A DNA stretch of 64,000 nucleotides, from the NCBI GenBank assembly GCA_016713025.1, contig JADJPZ010000003.1, forward strand, positions 576,774-640,773, given 5' to 3'. Shown here in pieces: positions 10,193 through 20,510 of this stretch. The notes under the pieces are model-generated. The model saw only the letters and a list, made by a program, of their open reading frames with translations, had not been told where the DNA came from and did not search any database. The stretch's first letter is position 1. Each line of letters starts with the position of its first letter. A program made the position numbers and the translations under genes. Source of the stretch: Saprospiraceae bacterium (lineage in GTDB: Bacteria; Bacteroidota; Bacteroidia; Chitinophagales; Saprospiraceae).

Positions 10193-10555
10193 ATGATAAA
10201 ATTAGCCAAAAGAGAAGAGCAGATCATGCAGGTGTTTTGGGATCTTAACAAAGCCTTTATCCGAGATGTCATTCCACTCTTACCCGATCCTAAGCCACAT
10301 TACAATAGTGTAGCAACCATCGTCAAAATTCTGGAAGATAAAGGATTTATTGACCATGAAACCGTTGCAAATATGCATTGCTACTTTCCCGTGATAAGCA
10401 GAGAAGCTTATCAGCAGTTTGCTATGAAAGACATTGTAAGCCAGTATTTTGATAATTCATATCCCAGAATGCTGGCCTTTTTTGCCAAAGAACAAAACTT
10501 GTCAGATACTGAGTTGGATGAAATTGTTAAACTCATTAAAAAAGAAAACCAATGA
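10193..10555 (+). CDS. BlaI/MecI/CopY-family winged-helix repressor
   Basis: ~120 aa, N-terminal L.KREEQIMQVFWD pattern; ATGA overlap with the downstream M56 gene; ATG 10193 preferred over TTG 10178. Confidence 0.8.
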   Translation: MIKLAKREEQIMQVFWDLNKAFIRDVIPLLPDPKPHYNSVATIVKILEDKGFIDHETVANMHCYFPVISREAYQQFAMKDIVSQYFDNSYPRMLAFFAKEQNLSDTELDEIVKLIKKENQ

Positions 10556-12861
10556 TACCTTATATCGTATATACTGCAATCATTATTGCTGCATTTCTTA
10601 TTTTTTACAAAGCACTGTTACAAAAGGAAACCTTCTTTAGACTCAACAGATATGTGCTTCTTACCTGTATGACGCTGGCCTTTGTCATGCCAATAGTCCC
10701 TGTACCACAGCAATTCTCATTCAGGCAAGCACCCGAAAATCTTACTATACCAAATATAAATTCAGTAACTCCCAAAGAGGACATAAGCATTACCCAAACT
10801 GAGATTACACCTCCACCCGTTGAAACCGATTTACGTCAAACTTTCAATACAGATTCTGTTGTACAATGGCTGATTTATCTCTATTGGTTTGGAGTGATCA
10901 TTTTTGGTCTCAATTTTTTGCTCCAAATAGTCATATTACTTTTCAAAGCATTTTCAAAGCCTGCCATCCTTGACGGCAAATTCAGAATTGTAGAGGTACC
11001 AGAAGATAAAGCTCCATGTTCTTTTGCCAATATCATTTTTATCAATCCTGAAAAATATGACTGGGAGACATACCATCAAGTCTTGTTGCATGAAAAAATT
11101 CATATTGAAGAAAAACACACGTTTGATCTCTTATTGACTGAATTGATGCTCATTTTTCAATGGTTCAATCCTTTCGCGTGGCAATGGCGCAAAGAGCTCG
11201 AAAGCAACCTTGAGTATTTTACGGATGCCCTTATGCTGCAAAATGATGAAGTCAGCAAAGAGCATTATCAGATGAGTCTCCTACGAGTAGCGGCTCCAAA
11301 TATTCCCTTAAGTATTACCACCAATTATAATCAATCACTTCTTAAAAAAAGACTAATCATGATGAATTCAAAAAAATCAAATTTTCACACAATCTGGAAA
11401 TATTTTTTTCTTCTGCCCATTATTGCAATTTTCATTTGCTCATTCAACGAGCCATTTTCACAAAGCCAAAGTAAATTATCAATCACCAATGTTGATACTA
11501 AAAATGAGAATGACAATGGAATGAAAAACACAGGATACTGGTTTGCTACCATCAAAAATGATCAGGTAAATATTCAGTTTAAAAATGACGATGATGAAGA
11601 TAATAATAATTCAAGCGGTACCACCTTTCTAGTCAGCGAATTGGGCACTCTACCTATGGACAAACAAGGTACATTTTCTGTAAAAAGAGAAGCAGGTACC
11701 ATGGAATTTACAGGCAAATTTGAGGGTAATAAAGGTATGGGCAATTATAAGTTTGTACCCAATAAGGGCTTTGTAGGAGATATGCAAAAAGAAGGAATAG
11801 ATCTGAAAGAAGATACGGATTTGTTGGTCTTCTTTATGATCAATATCAAGGAATCTTATGTCCAAATGCTCAAAAAGACTGGATTCAAAAAGTTGGACAA
11901 GGACGACTTGATACCTTTGGCTGCATTAAAAGTTGATGAAGCCTATATTAACTCCCTCAAAATGGCAGGATTGAGTGATCTTAAACCAGGTGATTTAATT
12001 CCATTGAAATCGCTGAACATTGATAAAAAATACATTGAAGAAATTCGTAGTTCTGGATATAAAGATGTGACAGCTGACAAATTGATATCACTAAAATCTA
12101 TGGACATTGATGGTAAATATATAGCTGATTATAAGTCAAGCAATAAGCACAGAACTGATGAGATTACAAGTAACAATATAAGTAATCGGACCAACGATGG
12201 CGGAAATGAAGACGATGATATCATTGCTTTCAAATCAATGGACATAGATAAATCATACATCAATTCGATCAAAGAAAATGGTTATGATAATATCGCCAAT
12301 AGTGACCTGATAGCCATAAAATCTATGGGTGTAACTCCAGAGTATATTAAAACTATAAAAAATTCAGGATATCCTAACATTGAAATAAGCGACTTGATTG
12401 CAGTAAAATCTATGAGTATAACTCCGGAATATATTAAGAGTGTTAAAAATGCAGGATTTCCAAATATAGAAATCAGTGACCTTATCGCAGTAAAATCACT
12501 CAACATAACACCCGAGTATATCAAAAGCATCAAAAGTGCAGGTTATCCAAATATTGAAATGAGTGATTTAATAGCAATGAGTTCGCTTAAAATAGATGAG
12601 GATTATATCAAAAACTATCAAAATGTGGGTTATGGTAATATAGAGGTCAGTGATATGATTGCATTAAAATCATTAAACATAACAACTGCTCTCTTTAAGG
12701 AATACGAAGATCTTGGGTTTAAAGATCTCGATATTCAAGAAGTAATATCCGCTAAATCCACGCGTACGACTCCGGCATTCATAAAATCTATGCGCGAAAA
12801 AGGGCATAATCTCAAAAGTCTTGAAAAGTATGTGACTTTAAGGTCGGTCTTAGAAAACTAA
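10552..12861 (+). CDS. BlaR1-like M56 peptidase signal transducer with non-canonical repeat-rich C-terminal domain
   Basis: N-terminal TM helices, zinc motif HEKIH (LLHEKIHIEEKH), further TM, then a tandem 29-aa repeat array instead of a penicillin-binding sensor domain. Confidence 0.8.
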   Translation: MIPYIVYTAIIIAAFLIFYKALLQKETFFRLNRYVLLTCMTLAFVMPIVPVPQQFSFRQAPENLTIPNINSVTPKEDISITQTEITPPPVETDLRQTFNTDSVVQWLIYLYWFGVIIFGLNFLLQIVILLFKAFSKPAILDGKFRIVEVPEDKAPCSFANIIFINPEKYDWETYHQVLLHEKIHIEEKHTFDLLLTELMLIFQWFNPFAWQWRKELESNLEYFTDALMLQNDEVSKEHYQMSLLRVAAPNIPLSITTNYNQSLLKKRLIMMNSKKSNFHTIWKYFFLLPIIAIFICSFNEPFSQSQSKLSITNVDTKNENDNGMKNTGYWFATIKNDQVNIQFKNDDDEDNNNSSGTTFLVSELGTLPMDKQGTFSVKREAGTMEFTGKFEGNKGMGNYKFVPNKGFVGDMQKEGIDLKEDTDLLVFFMINIKESYVQMLKKTGFKKLDKDDLIPLAALKVDEAYINSLKMAGLSDLKPGDLIPLKSLNIDKKYIEEIRSSGYKDVTADKLISLKSMDIDGKYIADYKSSNKHRTDEITSNNISNRTNDGGNEDDDIIAFKSMDIDKSYINSIKENGYDNIANSDLIAIKSMGVTPEYIKTIKNSGYPNIEISDLIAVKSMSITPEYIKSVKNAGFPNIEISDLIAVKSLNITPEYIKSIKSAGYPNIEMSDLIAMSSLKIDEDYIKNYQNVGYGNIEVSDMIALKSLNITTALFKEYEDLGFKDLDIQEVISAKSTRTTPAFIKSMREKGHNLKSLEKYVTLRSVLEN
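11812..12858 (+). repeat. about 11 tandem 87-nt (29-aa) coding repeats, consensus DLIA.KS..ITPEYIK.IK..GY.NIE.S
   Basis: read from the translation; nucleotide copies differ mostly at synonymous-looking positions. Confidence 0.85.
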
Positions 12862-12950
12862 GTAAAAGTCTTAGCCTTCACTTTAACCCAAATTTTGCAT
12901 GTGACTACGTTGCGAGCACTGAAATACCAATAAATGTGGGTTTAAGAATA

Positions 12951-12984
12951 AATATCAACTGGCATGGCCTGTTGATATTTTTTA
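12951..12984 (+). terminator. rho-independent terminator after the blaI/blaR1-like operon
   Basis: stem AATATCAAC / GTTGATATT with 11-nt loop followed by a T-run. Confidence 0.6.
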
Positions 12985-13021
12985 AATCATTTCTTTTTTC
13001 GTCTCTTCAATTTAAATAAAT

Positions 13022-13938
13022 ATGCAAAAATTTATTGCTAAAACATTATTTTGCTTAGTTATTATACAAACACAAGCACAAACCAATAAATTATCTAACA
13101 ATGATATTGTAAAAGATAAAATTGTATACTTGCTCAATCAAGGCGATTATAGAGGTGTTTATAATTTAGCCGCATCAAACTTCAAGAAAAATATTTCAGA
13201 AGATCAAATCATCAATCTACTTCAGGGAACAGCAGATTTTGGAGACATTTTAAAAACAGAAATACTCAGTACGAATAAGGGTGGTGTATCAAAATACAGA
13301 CTTGTTTATGAGAAAAAATCTTTGCATCTAGAAATGAAAGCGACAAAAAAATTGACATTTGAAGTTTTCGGTTTAAGCTTTTATACTCTACCGATCGTCC
13401 CTACACGGAAAGTATTTCTAAATGACAACATGATGAAAACTAAGTTGGACAGCTCTGTTCAAAGAGCAATTACGGCTTATATGAGCAATGAAAATGTCTC
13501 AGGTCTTTCAGTTGGCATAATTCAAAATGGTAATATGTTTACATATAATTTCGGAGAAACAAAAAAGGGGAGCAAGCAATTACCAACATGTGAAACAATT
13601 TATGAAATTGGATCAATTACAAAAACTTTCACAGGAATCATTTTAGCAAACAATGTACTAGAAGGTAGATTAAATTTGAGTGACGATATCCGAATGTATC
13701 TGGATGGAGATTTTCCTAATCTTGAATATAACGGGAAGCCTATCCAACTCGTACATCTGAGCAACCATACTTCAAGATTGTTATCACAACCTAAGATAGT
13801 TGGTACAAGGAAGGATCCGTTTGACCCATCACAGTTATTTTCTGAAAAAATACTATCCGATATTTTACATAATATAAAAATCGATACAATACCTGGTCAT
13901 AAAATTGAATATTCTAACTTTGCAGTTTCTTTATTGGG
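13022..13938 (+). pseudogene. 5' part of a serine hydrolase (N-terminal DUF3887-like domain + beta-lactamase fold) disrupted by an IS
   Basis: SxxK = GSITKTF, YxN = YSNFAVSLLG then IS left end. Confidence 0.85.
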
Positions 13939-15238
13939 GTGTGTATAACAAATTGCACAAAAATAAAAAAAGTATTAAATTTGCCACACCTGAGTATTAT
14001 TAACCAATAAAAAACGAAACGATGGACACTAAAGATCAAATCTTAGAATCCATCCTGAGAAGTGTTAGAACCGAAGTTAGTTCATTTTTAGATCAAGAAT
14101 CGGGAATTAAATGCCCAATTGAGTATGAGTTAAAGCTCATAGAAGTAAGTAGGAATTTTGCTAGAACGTTGCTGGATAAATCACAAGGTAAAATTCCAAA
14201 GAGTAGAAACTCAAAAAAAAAGTAATCACCTATTTTGGTAAATTAGACTTGAAGAAGGATCACGTTCTGTGTAGCGGCACCAAAAAGTTTGCCATTACGC
14301 GATACTTACAGGTGCTGCTTTGTTTATTGGGGCAAAGTAAGGTATTTGAAGAAGCTAGTGAAATGCTTGAGAAGCTTGTAGGGCTTAAAATCAGCGGCAT
14401 GCAAATACAAAGAGTAAGTGAGTATTACGGAGATCAATTAGATCCTGCCATCGATCGCAATATCGAGAGTTGTATCCCTAAGTTAGAAGATGTTAAAAAA
14501 GAAGATGCTGTATATGTAATGGCAGATGGAAGTATGCTACTTACACGGGATGAAAAATGGAAAGAGGTAAAACTTGCTAGAATATTCACGCACAATAACA
14601 TATTGAAAGTAAGTGATAAAAGGTCAGAAATTAGAAATTCGGTGTATGTAAGTCACATGGGGGGAGTAAGCGTATTTTTACCAAAATTAGAACGTCATTT
14701 AATAGGATATCAAAATAAGGTTATAATCGGAGATGGAGCTAAATGGATATGGAACTGGGCGGAAGACAATTATCCGGCAGCGACGCAAATACTAGACTTT
14801 TTTCATGCCAAAGAAAAATTAGTACTCTTAATAAAATTATTTTTAAAAGAGCAAGAACGGCAAAATTGGATCGACATTCAATGTAAACTTTTGATGGAAG
14901 ATAAGGTACATCAAGTGATAGAGAATATAAAAAGGCTGAGGTGTAAAAGCGAAGAATCAAAAAGAAATAAAAGAAAAAAACGCTCCATTATTATGAGGAA
15001 CATGAAGAAAGGATGTTTTATAAAACATATAGGGACAGAGGTTTACTAATAGGTTCAGGCCCAATAGAAGCAGCCCATAGGAGTGTATTACAATCACGAA
15101 TGAAACTCTCGGGACAAAAATGGAGTATAAAGGGTGTAAATGCGATAGCCAACTTGAGATGCTTATACAAGAGCAACTCATGGCATATTCTTGAAAAATT
15201 TGTTAATGCGGCCGCTTAGTGCAATTTGTTATACACAC
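13939..15238 (+). mobile_element. 1300-bp insertion sequence, ISKra4-like (tentative family)
   Basis: perfect 20-bp terminal inverted repeats GTGTGTATAACAAATTGCAC (13939..13958 / 15219..15238) and perfect 9-bp target duplication TTTATTGGG (13930..13938 / 15239..15247). Confidence 0.9.
14022..15219 (+). CDS. DDE transposase in three ORF segments joined by two -1 shifts at A-runs
   Basis: motifs GDGAKWIWNW, QILDFFHAKEKL, LLIGSGPIEAAHRSVLQSRMKLSGQKWS; shifts at A AAA AAG (14216..14222) and A AAA AAA (14974..14980). Confidence 0.75.
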
Positions 15239-15758
15239 TTTATTGGGATATATTTTGGAAAAAGTAAATAACTTGACCTATGAAGAATTACTCAATAAAT
15301 ATATTTTCGTACCAACAAAAATGACACATTCAAAAATATCATTTAGCACCAATGACTTCCTAAAATATGCTCAAGGCTATACTCTGGGAGGTGATACAAC
15401 CGGATATTGGCGAAATAAATTAGCTGAACCGGCAGGTGGCATTCGGGCTACTTCGAAGGATATGCTTTTATATATCAGCGCACAATTGGAAGCAAAAAAG
15501 GGATCTCCTTATTGGTTGTCACATCAACTTACAGCTGGCACCAATCTACGCGGGAAAGGATTAAATTGGGGAATTTCAACTACTAAAAAGGGATATTTAC
15601 TACTATCGCATGATGGGGGAACAAGTGGTTTTTCATCTTTATGCTTAATCTATCCGGAGTTAAAATCTGGCATTATTTTACTGACGAATAACGGCAATCA
15701 TAATGACGAGTCTTTCTATGACATTGGAAAATTAATTTATTCGGATTGGGTAAAGTGA
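15239..15758 (+). pseudogene. 3' part of the IS-disrupted serine hydrolase
   Basis: reading resumes LLGYILEKVNNLTYEELL... in the frame expected after removing IS and one TSD copy. Confidence 0.85.
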
Positions 15759-15839
15759 ACTTAAAAAATTCATACGACCCATACACTGGCAACTTCAATC
15801 AAAACAGTTTTCCATAATAAATACATTTCAATCAAACAA

Positions 15840-17582
15840 ATGGTAAAATTCATTCAATTATTGACATTGGCGCTGATCAGCAGCAATATTTTTTGTCAAC
15901 AAACTTTAGGCTCTGAAAAGGAAAGTAAATATACCGAATATCTAATTCAAGACAGTGTTATGATTAAAACACGAGATGGTGCAACTATTTCGGCAATAGT
16001 AGTTCGTAAAAAAGGAGACCAAAACCCAAAACCAGTCATACTTCAATATACAATTTACGTTAGGGATAAAGGTAGAGACATTAGAACAACAAAAGAATCC
16101 GTTGACAACGGCTATGTAGGTGTAATTGCATACACAAGAGGTAAACGTTTTAGTCCTGACGAAATATTTCCTTATGAGAATGACGGTAATGATGCGTATG
16201 ACGTTATAGAATGGATTAGCAAACAAAAATGGTGTAACGGAAGTGTAGGTATGTTTGGCGGTAGTTACAATGGCTTTACACAATGGGCAGCTTGCAAAAC
16301 GTTGCACCCAGCACTTAAAACAATTGTACCTTATGTGGCGGCAAGACCAGGACAGGGCTTACCTGTGGAAAATAATATTTTTGTAAACCCAAACTACGAA
16401 TGGGCATTTTTCGTTGGCAACAATAAATATTTAGACACATTAGCAGGAAACGACAGACAGCGTTTTAGAAATATGCAGAACAAATGGTGGGAAACAGGAG
16501 TTGCTTACAATAAGTTAGACAGCATTGATGGCACACCTAACAAGTGGTTTCAACGATGGATAAGCCATCCTTCTTTTGACAATTATTGGCAAAATATGAC
16601 ACCATATAAAAAGGATTTTGCTCAAATAAAAATACCTGTGTTGGCATTTGACGGTTACTACAACGACGGACAAAGTTCAGGCTTGTATTATTTGAGAGAA
16701 CTGCAAAAATATAGCCCAGAAACACCTGCATATCTTATTATTGGACCGTATGGACACTTTGGCACTCAAAAAGGTGGAGAAGCTGTTTTGTATGATTATA
16801 AAGTTGACTCTGTTGCATTATTTGATATTACCAAAGTTACTTACCAATGGTTTGACTATATTTTAAAAAATGGAAGTAAACCAGCAATGCTGAAAGACAA
16901 AATCAATTATGAAGTTATGGGTGCAAATGAGTGGAGAAGTGCATCCTCACTTGACAAAATGAGTAATAGCTTTCTAACTTTGTATTTGACAAATAACAAA
17001 TCGGGGAATTTTTATTCTGCAAGTTCTAAAAAGCCAAGTAAGAAAAATTACCTCTCACAAGAAATAGATTTTGCAGACAGAGAAAATAGTAATAACGATT
17101 ATTATCCAGAACCCATTATACGCAAAGAAGTAGATACAAGCAATGGCTTCTTATTTATTAGCGACCCAATTAAAGAACCTACTATAATCAATGGTGCATT
17201 TTTAGGACAAATTAAAGCAAGTATCAATAAAAAAGATATGGACTTCGGTGTTACCTTATACGAAGTAATGCCGAATGGTGAATATTTTCATTTATCCTAT
17301 TTTATTGGTCGTGCCAGTTATGCACATGACATTACAAAAAGAAAATTGCTAAAACCAAATACTATAGAAACAATACCATTTTCAAATACACATATGATAA
17401 GCAAAAAAGTAAGCAATGGAAGTAGATTATTAGTAGCAATAAACGTCAATAAAAATCCTTTTTCACAACTGAACTATGGAACCGGTAAAGAAGTAAGTAC
17501 AGAATCAATAAACGACGCCAAAGAACCACTAATAGTTAAATGGTTTAATGACAGCTTTGTGAAAATTCCAGTATGGAGATAG
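15840..17582 (+). CDS. CocE/NonD-family (S15 X-Pro dipeptidyl-peptidase-like) hydrolase
   Basis: signal peptide, nucleophile block MFGGSYNGFTQW, ~580 aa with C-terminal beta-sandwich-length tail. Confidence 0.7.
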   Translation: MVKFIQLLTLALISSNIFCQQTLGSEKESKYTEYLIQDSVMIKTRDGATISAIVVRKKGDQNPKPVILQYTIYVRDKGRDIRTTKESVDNGYVGVIAYTRGKRFSPDEIFPYENDGNDAYDVIEWISKQKWCNGSVGMFGGSYNGFTQWAACKTLHPALKTIVPYVAARPGQGLPVENNIFVNPNYEWAFFVGNNKYLDTLAGNDRQRFRNMQNKWWETGVAYNKLDSIDGTPNKWFQRWISHPSFDNYWQNMTPYKKDFAQIKIPVLAFDGYYNDGQSSGLYYLRELQKYSPETPAYLIIGPYGHFGTQKGGEAVLYDYKVDSVALFDITKVTYQWFDYILKNGSKPAMLKDKINYEVMGANEWRSASSLDKMSNSFLTLYLTNNKSGNFYSASSKKPSKKNYLSQEIDFADRENSNNDYYPEPIIRKEVDTSNGFLFISDPIKEPTIINGAFLGQIKASINKKDMDFGVTLYEVMPNGEYFHLSYFIGRASYAHDITKRKLLKPNTIETIPFSNTHMISKKVSNGSRLLVAINVNKNPFSQLNYGTGKEVSTESINDAKEPLIVKWFNDSFVKIPVWR

Positions 17583-18046
17583 TCGTTTAAAAGGTATTTA
17601 AAAATGTCTTATCTATTAACAAATAAGCTGAACATAAAACAAGAATAAGGCTCTAAAATCACCCCAAATACTGCTATGACATTTTTAGTGTTTTCCCTTT
17701 AGAATTGATAGACAAAAACTTTAAAAAAGAAAAAAGATCTCATTTATTTTTTTCTCAAAACAAAGCTATTTTCTGTAATTTCGGTCATTTGTCAAAAAAA
17801 AAGCAATAGAGAAAATGAACGAAGAGAAGTACAAAGCACCAAAGGCAAGCCTTTGCTGTAGTGAACAGTTTATGGGCTTTGGACGCGGACTGCTTTGATA
17901 TTATGGTTTTGTGAACCAATAAAGGGACTAAGACGATCCACCTTTTCTCGCAACTCATCCTCCATATTCCACAGTTCGGTAACATGTTTTTGCTGCGATC
18001 TTAGATTGCCCATACTTTTGTCCTATCAAATTAAAAACACAGATCA

Positions 18047-18460
18047 ATGAAATACATTTTTACCACAATTGCAATTTTCCTGAGTATAGTGACTTATTCT
18101 CAAACCAATACGCTCACAGTCACTGTAACAAACTTTAAAAACAATGAAGGTAAAGTGATGGTAGCCATTTACACGGGTCAGGATAATTTTATGAAAAAGG
18201 CAACTTTTAGAAAATCAGCCATTATCAAAACCAACACAGCTAAAGTCGTATTTGAAAGTGTCCCTGATGGTGATTGGGCGATTTCGCTCTTCCATGACGA
18301 AAATGACAACAATAAATTGGACAAAGGTTGGTTTGGTATTCCAAAAGAAGGATATGGATGCTCAAATGATGCCAAAGGAAACATGGGACCACCAAAATAC
18401 GAAGATGCTAAATTCCAACTGACCGATCATAAAAGCATGACCATTAAAATCAATAATTAA
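18047..18460 (+). CDS. DUF2141-family secreted protein
   Basis: signal peptide; FHDENDNNKLDKGWFGIPKEGYGCSND...GPPKYEDAKF pattern; TActTTTG box about 26 nt upstream of the ATG. Confidence 0.75.
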   Translation: MKYIFTTIAIFLSIVTYSQTNTLTVTVTNFKNNEGKVMVAIYTGQDNFMKKATFRKSAIIKTNTAKVVFESVPDGDWAISLFHDENDNNKLDKGWFGIPKEGYGCSNDAKGNMGPPKYEDAKFQLTDHKSMTIKINN

Positions 18461-18511
18461 ACATTAACTAATTTTTTAAACAATTCACTATTAAACATTA
18501 AATAAACAAGA

Positions 18512-19130
18512 ATGAAACATTTAATCGTATTATTAATCCTTACTTTAAGTATCTCTCTATCAGCACAAAGCGCTTACGAAAAAGGCATGCAATCTGCTAT
18601 GGGACTTTGGTCTGAAGGCAAAAACAATGAAGCCGTTGCCATGTTCGAAAGAATAGCAGCTGCCGAAAAAGACAACTGGTTGCCCAATTATTACGTGGCT
18701 CTTGTAAGTACAACTACGGCATTTGCTACCAAAGACAAAACCCAAATCGATGCCATGCTTAAAAAAGCTCAATCTGCATTGGATAAAGAACTAAAAAAGC
18801 AGCCCAATCATCCCGAATTACTTGTGATGCAAGCTATGATTCACACAGCATGGATAGCATTTGATCCCATGACCAATGGAATGAAACTCTCCGGAATAGT
18901 CATGGAGATCTATGGAAAAGCTGAAGCCATCGCTCCTGAAAATCCAAGGGTTGTACTTGGCAAAACAGAATTTGAAATGGGATCAGCCAGTTTTTTGGTA
19001 CCGATATCAAACCTTTGTGTGCAAAAGCAGAAAAAGCAGTCGAACTTTTACTACTTTTAAGCCCGAAAGTGGTTTTCATCCTAATTGGGGACAGGAAAGG
19101 GCGCAAGCAATCGTAGCATCCTGTCAGTAA
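18512..19130 (+). pseudogene. secreted helical protein with two apparent -1 frameshifts at T-runs (or two sequencing errors)
   Basis: frame A to ~18996 (T6 run), plausible continuation FGTDIKPLCAKAEKAVEL in the -1 frame, then ...FTTFKPESGFHPNWGQERAQAIVASCQ in the next -1 frame to stop 19130. Confidence 0.55.
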
Positions 19131-19154
19131 TTATTAATCTTCAGAACGATCATT

Positions 19155-20510
19155 TTGGCAAAGGAAATCCAATATATTACTAAAATAATTCTCACCGGAG
19201 TGACGGTTGGGATCGGCGTTGCTGTGATCATAATGACTCTGGAAGCATTATTTGGCAGGACTTTCCATTGGGACCAGGAGATGTTGCAAGCGTTTATTTA
19301 TGATGTATATTTTGGATTAGTCTTGACTATCATTAATGCCGGTTTTTTTGATTATTTAAATTACAAAGTCAGTTGGCCATCTGGCAAGGATTATTACAGG
19401 ATAATTGCTGGCTTTGTAGGGAGTATTCCTTTGACTCTTTTTGGTGCATGGCTGGTACGGCTGACCATTGCTGTTGGTATTGAAAATCAATCTTTTGACA
19501 CATTTCTAAAGGAACAATCATTTCAAAGTTATTTAGGAACGCTTATCATTACTTTTGTTGTTTCACTTGTCTTTCATGCTATCTTTCTTTACCGAAAATT
19601 GCAGGAAACCAAGGTCAAAGAACAGAAAATCATAGCCGGTAATGCATCTGCACAGTTTGAAACGCTCAAAAATCAAATCGACCCACATTTTCTCTTTAAT
19701 AGTCTTAATGTATTGAGTTCCCTGATAGAAGAGAATCCGGAAAATGCCCAAAAATTTACCACTTCGCTTTCCAAAATATACAGGTATGTGCTGGATCAAA
19801 AGGATAAAGAGCTAGTGCCTTTACAGGAAGAATTGAATTTTGCAAAGACCTATATGAAATTGCTGACTATGCGGTTTGAAAATTGTTTGACCTATCGTCT
19901 ACCGGATACACCGATTGACGAAGATGCCAAAGTAGTACCATTATCATTGCAGCTGCTGTTAGAAAACACCATCAAGCACAACATCGTGAGTGATATGCAA
20001 CCTTTACATATTTCAATATTTGTAGAAGGCGAAAATCTTGTAATATCAAACAATCTTCAGAAAAAAGAAGTCTTACAAAGTGGGTCAGGTGTAGGCTTAA
20101 AAAACATTGTAAATAGGTATGCCATCTTGACTAAAAAGCCTGTCTTGGTCGAGTCAGATGACGCTAATTTTGTAGTAAAAATACCTATACTGACCAAAGA
20201 AATAAATTTAATCAAAAATAAATCGTACAACGAAATGGATGCTTATCTAAAAGCTAAAAAGCAAGTCAAAGAAATCAAAGAATTTTATAGCAGTTTAATA
20301 TCCTATTGTATAATTATACCGCTGCTTGCATTTATTAATTATAAAACACACTGGGATTTTAAGTGGTTTTTGTTTCCTATGATCGGATGGGGAATAGGAT
20401 TGTGTTTTCATGCATTTTCTGTCTTTGGTTATGGTAAAACCTGGGAAGAAAGAAAAATAGAAGAATTGATGGCAAAACAAAATAACACTAATCAACGTAA
20501 ATGGGAATAA
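19155..20510 (+). CDS. LytS-type sensor histidine kinase with an extra C-terminal 2TM domain
   Basis: TM N-terminus, LKNQIDPHFLFNSLN, LLENTIKHN, GVGLKNI, then YLKAKKQVKEIKEFY + two TM helices + WEERKIEELM. Confidence 0.85.
   Translation: MAKEIQYITKIILTGVTVGIGVAVIIMTLEALFGRTFHWDQEMLQAFIYDVYFGLVLTIINAGFFDYLNYKVSWPSGKDYYRIIAGFVGSIPLTLFGAWLVRLTIAVGIENQSFDTFLKEQSFQSYLGTLIITFVVSLVFHAIFLYRKLQETKVKEQKIIAGNASAQFETLKNQIDPHFLFNSLNVLSSLIEENPENAQKFTTSLSKIYRYVLDQKDKELVPLQEELNFAKTYMKLLTMRFENCLTYRLPDTPIDEDAKVVPLSLQLLLENTIKHNIVSDMQPLHISIFVEGENLVISNNLQKKEVLQSGSGVGLKNIVNRYAILTKKPVLVESDDANFVVKIPILTKEINLIKNKSYNEMDAYLKAKKQVKEIKEFYSSLISYCIIIPLLAFINYKTHWDFKWFLFPMIGWGIGLCFHAFSVFGYGKTWEERKIEELMAKQNNTNQRKWE

Noticed and set aside
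11812-12858. Regular 87-nt periodicity considered as a possible CRISPR-like or satellite array
   Set aside because: The periodicity lies in frame inside one long ORF. The repeats are conserved at protein rather than DNA level and there are no unique spacers. It is a coding repeat domain.
17785-18012. Minus-strand small ORFs (66-aa track ORF; 47-aa MGNLRSQQKHVTELWNMEDELREKVDRL...) in the 460-bp gap before the DUF2141 gene, considered as a gene or transposase remnant
   Set aside because: No motif is recognised and they lie just where the DUF2141 promoter (TActTTTG) sits. I cannot support them without a homology search.
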